A DNA stretch of 29,300 bases, from assembly GCA_000388065.2 (NCBI GenBank), contig KB932201.1; one strand, written 5' to 3'. The first letter of the stretch is position 1. Each line of letters begins with the position of its first letter. Below the pieces are notes generated by a model that was given only the letters and a program-made list of their open reading frames with translations, ran no database searches and was not told the DNA's origin. This document shows positions 20,485 to 29,300 of the stretch, one piece after another. A program made the position numbers and the translations under genes. This stretch comes from Fonticula alba ATCC 38817 (Eukaryota; Protista; Nucleariida).

Positions 20485-23400
20485 CATTCGGGGAAGGCAC
20501 ATTTTCCAAGGATCCCGCCACATGACAGGCGCGGGGAGGCGAGGAAGAAAGGGCACGGAGAAGTCGCATAGGTCAGCATGCCTGTCGGGATGCCCTCGGC
20601 AAGACGGGTGTCGCGGCATTTCGTACCTTGGCAAAGTAGTCGATGGCGGTGGCGGCCTTTCCGTGATACACATCACGGCCCTTGTGAAGCAGGGTCAGCC
20701 GGTCGAAAAGCGAAAAGAGATCCGAGCTCGGCTGGTGAATGGTCGACACGACGGTGCATCCCTCGGAGCTGATGCCTGTTTCGCGAGCAGGGCCGGTTAG
20801 AATGCCGCTAGAGGGCCCGGGCGGAGGAGGGGCAACGGGGCCAGAGGGCAAAGGCCGGGGCCAAGGGGCCAGGCGTGTGGCGCCTCTTGCCGAGACGTAC
20901 GACGGATGACCCGCATCACGGCCAGAGCGGTGAAGCTATCCAGGCCGCTGGTTGGCTCATCCAAAAAGAGCAGCCCTGGCCGAGTGACCAGCTCGATGCC
21001 GATACACGTCCGCTTGCGCTCTCCGCCGCTGACCTTCTCCACGGGCGTATCGGCACACGCCTGGAGGGCCAGCAGCTCGAGGAGGCTTTCCACGCGCTTG
21101 AGCTGCAGGGCCACGCGGCGCATGGCACCCAGCGGATGGGCCAAAGAAGGAGCGACCCCATGGCGAGCAAGTGAGCAAGCAGGCAGGCAGGCGAGGTGCA
21201 AGCACCGTTAGAATACACAGACCACCCTTTTCCCTTCTTCCCGGGAGTTGTGCATCGAGGCCGGGATGTGTTGGCGGTGTGTGTGTGTGTGTGTGGGAGA
21301 GGGGGGGGGGGGGCACGCGAGGCGCGGTCACCCGGTCAAGTGGCTGACGCACCCGCTCTTGGGCTGTGACCGTGCGCGGGAGGCGCATCCGAGCGCTGAA
21401 GAGCATGTGCTCGCGCGGGCTAAAGGCCCCGAGCAGCAGGTCATCCTGCATGACGTAGGCACTGACGGACTGGAGTTTCTCGGCATCGCAGGCGCGGCCA
21501 TTGACAATGACCATGCCATTGAAGCGCCGAGTCCGGCCGGCCAGGATGTTCAGCAGGGAGGTCTAGGAGGGGATGATGTTGTCAGCCAGAGCGTGGGAAG
21601 GTCAGGAAAAGGGAAGAAAGCCCGGCCTCCTCCCCCCTCGCAAGGGGAGGCAGCAGAAGGTCTTGTCTTTTGTCGGGCCGGCAGGAAGGCAGGACCCTGG
21701 CGAGCAGGCAGCAACACTCCACTCCATCTCTGGGGCGCCAGTCTGGCCGAATGTTTGGCGGCTGGAGGCCCACGCGAAGTGCTCCCAGGCGACTGGGCTG
21801 CGACATACCTTCCCCGCGCCGGAGCTACCCATGATGGCCATCATTTCGCCAGCGCCAGCCACACCGGTCACTCCGTGGAGAATGCGCCGCTGGCGGGCGG
21901 TCTTACCGGCGCCGGCCACCCGGCGCGAGTCACTGGTGCCCGTGGTGTCGGTCAAGTCGCGGCCGAGCTGGCCCTCGCCAGATTGCGTCCAGTCGTCATC
22001 CAGCAGCTCGCCATCCTCGCCGAGCTCCAGGTCGGAGTCGCTGTCGTCCGAGTCGAACCCCGGGCCGAAGCTCGGCACGTCGGACCGGTCGCTGTCGGAC
22101 CCGGACTCCGAAATGTCGGACTCCGGGTCGGTCTCAATGTTGTTGGCACTCAGGCCGAAGCCGCGGCCGACCGACTTGCCGGCGGCCGATGCGGCCGCAC
22201 TGGCGCCCATGGCGGGCGTGCGCTTTGCCGCGTGCACCGGCAGCTTGCCGCCCGAAGTGCTGTCCAGGTCGAAGAGCTTCTCCTGGGCCCCGGCCCCCGG
22301 CATCGGGCTGCCCTGGATCGAGGTGAGCTCATTGTACTGGTTGCCGGTGCGCACGCCGGGGCCGGTTTTCTCCCGACCATCGCTGAGCAATGGCTGGCGG
22401 TCACGACCGGTGGCCCGCCGCGCCCGGCAGGTGACCTTCCGGAAGGCCGAAGCCACGCGCGTCGGCAGCGACTCACTGGCCACCGGGGTGAACTTGAGGT
22501 TGCGCCAAATGAGCACCACGGCACGGGAGTTGTGGCCCGAGGCCGGCGCGGCGATGGCCGTCAGCCGGGAGCCGGCGTCGGTGCCGGGCGATTGGATATT
22601 CTGGATCCCGGTCCGCCCCGGTTCAGGCCGGTATTCAGCACGCCAGTTAGCAAGTGCTCATTCGCAGATGGCCCGCGGTGCCGGGGAGGGGGGGGGGCGC
22701 ATTTCCGCTCGGGCGGGCTGACGACCGAATTGGCAAGGCGAAAAGGCGCGGGGGGGGGGAAGGCGCCGCACAGGAGGCGNNNNNNNNNNNNNNNNNNNNN
22801 NNNNNNNNNNNNNNNNNNNGGCTGTCCCACCTACGGGCGGACCAGGGCAGAGGGGGGGGGGGGGAATAAAAGGTCCAAGGAGGCCCAAAGTGGGCCATGC
22901 AACGCACACGATAGGACACGGCTGCCGGGGCAATGCCCGGCGGAGAGGCCGGCGTCTGGAAGGGCGACCGGCCACCCACCGAGGGGGGGAAGGCCGCGGC
23001 TGGGCTCTGCCCGGCCGACGCGCGGCTGTACATGCTGCCCCCGGTGCCGATGATGCCGGCCTCCGAAGGCAGGCGCTGTTGGCCCGAGTAGCCGTACGGG
23101 GTGTTGGAGGGGTGGATGAAGGGGCTGCTGGCGTTTGTTGCCCCAGTGTACCCCTGGTACCGGCCTACCTGGTGCGAGCGAGCATCGAAGGCCACGGGCG
23201 AGGTGCGCGATGGCACCCCATGGCGCTGGAGACCATTGTACTGCACACGATTGAGTTCCTCCTCGGTGAGCAGGTCATTGGCGCTGATGTTGTTGTAGCT
23301 GTTTGGCCCGCCGCCGGAGAGCGACGGCAGGGACCCATCATCCTGCAGGTCCAGGATGCCTGGCAGAGCGTCACCAAGCGGCTGGGCGCCCTCGGCCACT

Positions 23401-23489
23401 GGGGGCTGAGCAGGGCTCGTTGGATCGGCACCCGGCGGAAGGGCATCCCGCTGCTCGCCGGGGCGATTACCCTCGGGCGGAGGGGTCAT
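18550..23489 (-). CDS. ABCG/White-family half transporter (NBD-TMD order), about 1060 aa, 9 exons
   Basis: Exons 23489..22908, 22600..21809, 21562..21353, 21102..20901, 20775..20627, 20414..20208, 20009..19607, 19436..18956 and 18715..18550 are all phase-consistent. Walker A GSSGAGKTS, Q-loop YVMQDD, signature VSGGERKR, Walker [15 protein letters not shown]-loop [22 protein letters not shown] and a hydrophobic TMD follow. The start codon is uncertain, and intron 1 contains an N gap. Confidence 0.93.
20164..20200. repeat. (GT)n microsatellite, (CA)n on the sense strand, in ABCG intron 6
   Basis: Seen directly, a few nt downstream of the donor at 20207. Confidence 0.95.
20453..20477. repeat. 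(GA)n microsatellite in ABCG intron 5
   Basis: Seen directly. Confidence 0.9.
22780..22819. other. Assembly gap (40 N) inside ABCG intron 1
   Basis: N run near G runs. Confidence 1.
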
Positions 23490-24131
23490 ATTGGCGGTCG
23501 GGCCGGCGACTTGGAGGGCCGAGTGAGGACCGTGGGAGGGGGGTATGCGCGAGGCTGGGCAGATTGCCACTTGCTGGTTTTCGAGGGACGTGAGGGGAGG
23601 GCGTGATGCCTTTTTCATTGTGGGGAGTGGGATGTTAGTCTTTTTTTTTTTCTTTGCTCCCCACCAGGGGTCTTGGGGCAGGGGGATATGGCGGCGAGCT
23701 GGTGGGACGGCCGGCCCGACGGCCAGTGCGCCAGCCATGAATGGGCAATACCTTGGAAGGAAACGATGAATGTATGGGAACGAGCGACTGAGGAGACGAC
23801 TGGGAAAGCGGTGGAATGGGGGGAGGGGGGGGAGGGGTCGATGATGAGAAATAGAAAAGGGATCCTGGTGTCCCGGCCGTGGGGCAATGAGGGGCGGGGG
23901 AGTTTCACAAGACGTTCGGTCCCTTGTGGCCACCTCTGTCTCGCTCTCCCGGTTGGCCACCCCCCGGTCTGCCAGCCGCTCCCCATCCGCGTCATCAGCC
24001 CAAGCGTCTCGGCCTCTTGCATCACTCTCTGTATGGGGTCGTCAGTCCAGCCGAGGGGAGTCCCCGCACCCGCAGCGAATGGTCCCGGTATCTGCTCGTA
24101 CTTTCGCTCATGACTACCGCGCCCCCCCCCC

Positions 24132-24836
24132 NNNNNNNNNNNNNNNNNNNNNNNNNNNNNNNNNNNNNNNNNNNNNNNNNNNNNNNNNNNNNNNNNNNNN
24201 NNNNNNNNNNNNNNNNNNNNNNNNNNNNNNNNNNNNNNNNNNNNNNNNNNNNNNNNNNNNNNNNNNNNNNNNNNNNNNNNNNNNNNNNNNNNNNNNNNNN
24301 NNNNNNNNNNNNNNNNNNNNNNNNNNNNNNNNNNNNNNNNNNNNNNNNNNNNNNNNNNNNNNNNNNNNNNNNNNNNNNNNNNNNNNNNNNNNNNNNNNNN
24401 NNNNNNNNNNNNNNNNNNNNNNNNNNNNNNNNNNNNNNNNNNNNNNNNNNNNNNNNNNNNNNNNNNNNNNNNNNNNNNNNNNNNNNNNNNNNNNNNNNNN
24501 NNNNNNNNNNNNNNNNNNNNNNNNNNNNNNNNNNNNNNNNNNNNNNNNNNNNNNNNNNNNNNNNNNNNNNNNNNNNNNNNNNNNNNNNNNNNNNNNNNNN
24601 NNNNNNNNNNNNNNNNNNNNNNNNNNNNNNNNNNNNNNNNNNNNNNNNNNNNNNNNNNNNNNNNNNNNNNNNNNNNNNNNNNNNNNNNNNNNNNNNNNNN
24701 NNNNNNNNNNNNNNNNNNNNNNNNNNNNNNNNNNNNNNNNNNNNNNNNNNNNNNNNNNNNNNNNNNNNNNNNNNNNNNNNNNNNNNNNNNNNNNNNNNNN
24801 NNNNNNNNNNNNNNNNNNNNNNNNNNNNNNNNNNNN
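24132..24836. other. Assembly gap (about 705 N)
   Basis: N run flanked by C runs on both sides; its content is unknown. Confidence 1.
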
Positions 24837-24973
24837 CCCCCCCCAGCCATCCCTTCTTGGTTGCGACCACCGCCGCCGCCGCCGCCGCCGCTGACAAGGG
24901 CCATGATTGAGGGGTGTGTATGCAGGCAGCTGCCAAAAGTGACAGATCCAGGGAATGGTATTCTGGTACATAT

Positions 24974-26657
24974 TCACCGAGATGCCCACGAATGGAGCTG
25001 CTCCAGCCACCAGTCATCAGCATCAGAACGCTCACCGGCAAAGCCGGCCCGTCGAGCCAGCCCCCGGTCGGCCAGGGCCAAAAGCAGATCGCGCCCATCA
25101 AAGCGTTGATCCTGGACCAGATGCAGGAGAGCCGCTTGCGACCGGGCTGCTGTCCCGGTCGCCGGGCCCGGGGCAAAGCAATGCGGCGCGCGCGCCGTCA
25201 CAGGGATCGGCGCCCCGGCGAAGGCGGTCAACATGGGGAGCCGCGCGCGCGGCCGATCGGCCGGCCGGTATGGCGGAAGGACCGGGCCCGAGGTCGCTCC
25301 GCCGGGCGAATGCTCAGGGGCCCGGACATCGAAGATACGCTCGAATCGGGCATCCGTCCCGCGGGCAAGCATCATCTCCAGCCCCGGAGGCAGGGCGGCC
25401 CGCACCTCGGCCGCCTCGGCCGGCGTCGGGGTTGCTGTCCCATCATCGCGGAATTCCTCGAAGCCGCCATGGACGACAAAGCGCCGGCCCCGACGGGAGG
25501 CCGCATCCATTCGCGCCACCTTCGGCTGGAGGTCGGCCCAGGTGGCCGGCTGAACAGCCGGCGCCAGCAGCGCCGCCAGCACGGGCCCATCGGAAAACTG
25601 GGACAAATCCACCGGCGGCAGGGGAGGGCGGTGGCTGGCCCCCTCGGCCAGATGGTGCACGGAGTTGAGCAGCTCAAGGGCCAAGGCCAAGGGATAGGCC
25701 GCATGGTAGGGGCTCTTCTGTGCACATATTAGCGCATGAGGGGGTTAGAGATATTGCAAGGAATAGGGCCAGGGGGCTGTCCATCGGGGGGCGAAGAGGG
25801 GGGCGGGGGTGCAAAGGAAGGCCAAGCCCGAAGCCAGAGGGAGCGCAAACGAACCGCCGGGAAGTGGAGGGCCGTGGAGGCCGCCGGCCCGCTGCACAAG
25901 GGGATCGTGTACCCATCGCCAAAGGCGGCACTGGCACAAATCCCGCGGGCGAAAGACCGAATCGCGTCGTCGCTCTTTTTTTTTTTGGAGAAACGAGGGG
26001 GGGGGGAGGAGAAAATGTTTTTCCTTTTCTGTTAGCAAATCTGAGGAGAAAGAAGGAGAGAAAGCGCAAGGAAGGGGGAGGACGAGAGGGAAGAAGAGCA
26101 AGTGGCCAAGGAGGAGGGAGCAGGAAACCGTGACGCACCAGTACATCGGTCTGCTGCCAGACTGGCAGGGAGAAGATTCCGCGCAGGCCAAGTTCATCGG
26201 CCACAGACTGCTCCATGGCCGCACAGGCCGCCGAGCTCAGGGCCTCATCGTTGACATCAAAGATAAGCTGAACGCCGGCCGGCGAGTCGCAGAGTTCCGC
26301 CTCGCGCCGGAGGGCGTCCGTAAAGGACTCATGGAGCTTCGTTGGGAGGGGACAATCGTCGCCGCCATCCCCCCCGAAGGAGAGCAAGCGCCCTGGTTAG
26401 AGGTCATGCAAATGGGGAGATCCGAGCCGCGGAAAGCAAGGGCCGAGAGGAGGCGTACAAATTCGCGGAAGACGTCCTGGCCCAGATCCCAGGCATGTGC
26501 ACCGGAGAAGCCGGCATCAACCAGTCCATCATTTGCCGACCCAAGCAGGAAACGGGCAGTACTATCATGCAGGGGCTGCGACAGGTACTGAGGCCAGAAG
26601 CCGTAGGCAGCGGACTCGACGTCGGCCTGCGGAATGTGTGTATGCGCGCGTGTGTGC

Positions 26658-26690
<33 letters not shown>

Positions 26691-27406
26691 AGCGGAACAT
26701 GGAGGGGATTGGCATCGGGAGCAGGGACGACAAAGGGAAAGCGGGCATAAACATGGGTTACATACAATTGAGGCAGGCGTGGACGTGGGGTCTTTCCGCG
26801 CGGCAGCCACCGTCTCGTGTGTCAGGGGCTCCTCGCCGCCGATGTCGGCATCGGTATCGGTGGCACACACTTCCAGACCATGGTCCCAGGCGGGATAGGT
26901 TCGCTCGGGCGCGGCAGACACGAGCCCAGCGCCGCCGGTCAAAAAGCCCAGGTCAAGGCCGGAGAAGAGGGAGGCAGCCGAGCCAAAGTCCGCGAAAGAC
27001 GGAGCCGGAGCCGAGGCCAATTTCGCCGCGCGCTGACCGCGCTCATTCAGCTCGCTCACTGCCGAGGTAAGGCCCTCGGAGGCCGAGGCCAGGAAGTGGC
27101 AGTTCTGTCGGCGATCAACGACAATCGAACGAGGGACATACTGGGTCCGAAAGACCGGTAGATGTTAGAGCGGCTCGCCTCCGACGATGCCCTTGCTCGT
27201 TTGCATTGCGAGCCAGCTGCAGGGGATGTGTGCAAGATGTGGGGCAGGTGTGCGCATTCAATTGCACGCACAGATCCATTGGCCAGCTGGCGGAGCAGCG
27301 ATCCCGGGGTCTTATGCGTGGCCGCGTCCGCAAGGACGCCATTCCAATAGTGCGCAGAAACGTGGTTGGCGAAGCCGCCAAATTGCAAAGTAATAACCTC
27401 ACGCAT
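24974..27406 (-). CDS. MSTO1: Misato/DML1 tubulin-FtsZ-like protein, about 579 aa, 6 exons
   Basis: Exons 27406..27272, 27140..26766, 26626..26459, 26336..26139, 25974..25855 and 25717..24974 are all phase 0. The N-terminus MREVITLQFGGFANHVSAHYWN, then YVPRSIVVD, FWPQYL and RREAELCD..AGVQL, match the Misato segment II/tubulin-like pattern. Confidence 0.85.
26658..26690. repeat. Compound (AT)n(GT)n microsatellite in Misato intron 2
   Basis: Seen directly. Confidence 0.9.
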
Positions 27407-27978
27407 GCCGAGCAGACAAGGAGGGTGGCAGGCAAGTGCGCGCGTGCTAATGTGTGTGTGTGTGCGAGAGAAAGAGGCGGAGGGAAAGAGGCAGGGGAAA
27501 AGAGGCGGGGGGAGGGCTTGATGCGGGGGGGATCTTGCTGGCTCGACTAGATCTTTCATTAGGAGCTGCATTCTCAAAATCGGAGGGGTGGAGGGGTCGT
27601 CCACCAGGTAGATCTCGGCTCGCGCGTGCCCCGGGCCGGCCCACCTCGCCGAGATGACCGCACCCGGGCCAAGAGCATGGGGACTTCATGTAGTGGTATC
27701 CCCCAATCTCTATAAACCAAGTCACAGGTTGAATTACAAGATCCCCACGTGAACGGCCCCGTGGAGAATTATGGCATGCTTGAATGGCATTCCTCCTCAG
27801 GAGGAATGCGGGGTAGATCGACAGCCAGATGGCCGCCGAGTACCGGGCCAGTTCGGTGGCCCAGGAAAGGAGGGAGACACGCGTGCGCGCGGGGTTCTCA
27901 GATCCACCCCACGACCAACCCAAGGTCAAAAGGGGGACTCCCTGCGGGAGCCTCCTGAGAGCGAAGACCTTAGCAGCT

Positions 27979-27988
27979 NNNNNNNNNN
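27979..27988. other. Assembly gap (10 N)
   Basis: N run followed by a C run. Confidence 1.
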
Positions 27989-29300
27989 CCCCCCGCCTCC
28001 CGCCCCGGCCGCGCCCCTCCGGGGGTATTTCTCCACTTCGGAGGCCTGTCGAGGGGAGGCCCCGAGACTGTCCTCGGGTGACTCAGGCCTGCCATGCTCC
28101 CTTCGAGAAGTTCCTCCATCCGAAGTGCCAGGCTGCTGGCAGTGCCGGCATCTGGTACGCTGGGCCACCGAACAACCGATGCCGGTGCAGCAGCGCCAGC
28201 CAGCATGCGCCCGCTGCCGGGCAGTAGGCATCGTCCTTCCAAGGGGGCCCCAATGCTCTGAACAGGTGGTGATCCAGGGGTTCAGCCGCCGACCATGGTG
28301 TGCCAAGGTGTCAGGTCTGACAGTCTTCGCCAGGTTGACAACACGCGCACGGGGCCTAAGCTAGGCACCCAATCTGAGGAGCAAGCTCACCTATACACGT
28401 TGTCGCCAGCTGCCCTCCTCGCGCCTCTCTCCCTCCTTCCCCCCCCCTCTCTCTCTCTTCCTCGCTCCACTCTCTGGACCCTTTCCCCGTTCGGCAGGGT
28501 GAAAACATAACAATACGCAATGCGTCTTTCCCGCCTGTTGGTGGGCGCCGGCGAAAAAAGGCCACCTGCCAACCACACACCTAATGACGGACAGGCGGCT
28601 ATCCTTCCCCGAAAGGCTCCCATCCCCCGGCCGGCCATTCCCCCCTGCAACCCAATAAGGCCCGCGATGCGGTTCACACCGACCCGATTGCGGGCTATAG
28701 TGCCTCGCCCTCCTCCCAGTCCCCGTCCCCCGTCCCCCGCCCCGCCCCCCCCGGGCGGCGCGTGGCCCGGACACCCGGGCATGTCCCCACCCCCTCCACC
28801 CCGAGAGGGGAAGGGGCAGCGACGCCGGGCCCCCCCCCCCCCGGGCGGGCGGCGGGCGGAGCAGCGCCGGCGGCTGCGGTGACTAACCCCGAGCGGGGGT
28901 GGTCCCGGCCCATCGGCCCGGCCGGCGCCTTCCTGGCGGGCTCTCCGTCGCCTCCTGGCGGCCCCCCTCCCGCCCCCCTCGAGGGGGGGGGGGGGCGGAC
29001 ACCAGCCGGGGACCGCAGCCACAGAGCCCACCCATATGGGCCGGGCCGAAGGAGGCCCGGGGGGGGGGGAGGGGGGCGCGGAGACCGCCGGGCGGGGAGG
29101 GGACAACGCCCCGCTGTTGTGCGCGCGGCAGGCCTCCGGCTCGGCCCCGGGCCTTGTGCGCGCAGGGTGGGCTGGGCCCGGCCGAGATGGCGCCCGCCGC
29201 AGGGGGGCCCGGCGCCGCGCGTGGCCGGGGCCCCGGGGCCAGGACCCGGGAGAACATGGTCCGACGCTGGCGCCGGCGGCGGCGCGGCCAGCGGAAACGG

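Noticed and set aside
23615-25176. ORFs of 300-430 aa spanning the large gap
   Set aside because: They stay open only because they run through about 705 N.

Overview
GC-rich, intron-containing eukaryotic genomic DNA with four N gaps, most likely from a unicellular protist that keeps a translating mitochondrion. The composition and intron style are Fonticula-like, but that taxon is inference only. The six-frame ORF track is mostly misleading because the real genes are spliced. I reconstructed eight recognisable genes by hand with phase-consistent GT-AG introns: mitochondrial bS16 (-, partial), ARF6 (+), eL31/RPL31 (-), mitochondrial uL3 (-), arginine deiminase (+), endonuclease III/NTH (+), an ABCG/White half-transporter (-) and Misato/DML1 (-). 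There is also one RS-tailed hypothetical ORF (+). I saw no rRNA, tRNA, CRISPR array or recognisable transposon. Two observations stand out. First, the arginine deiminase has intact catalytic residues but lacks a conserved N-terminal segment of roughly 35-40 aa exactly at intron 1, whose best donor and acceptor are out of phase. This could be a missing exon, an assembly loss or trans-splicing. Second, the 5' splice sites are strictly non-+4A (GTRCGY: 25 of 29 donors are +4C, 4 are +4T, none +4A by hand count), which predicts altered U1/U6 recognition. I found no clear novel multi-gene system; the window is mainly housekeeping genes.
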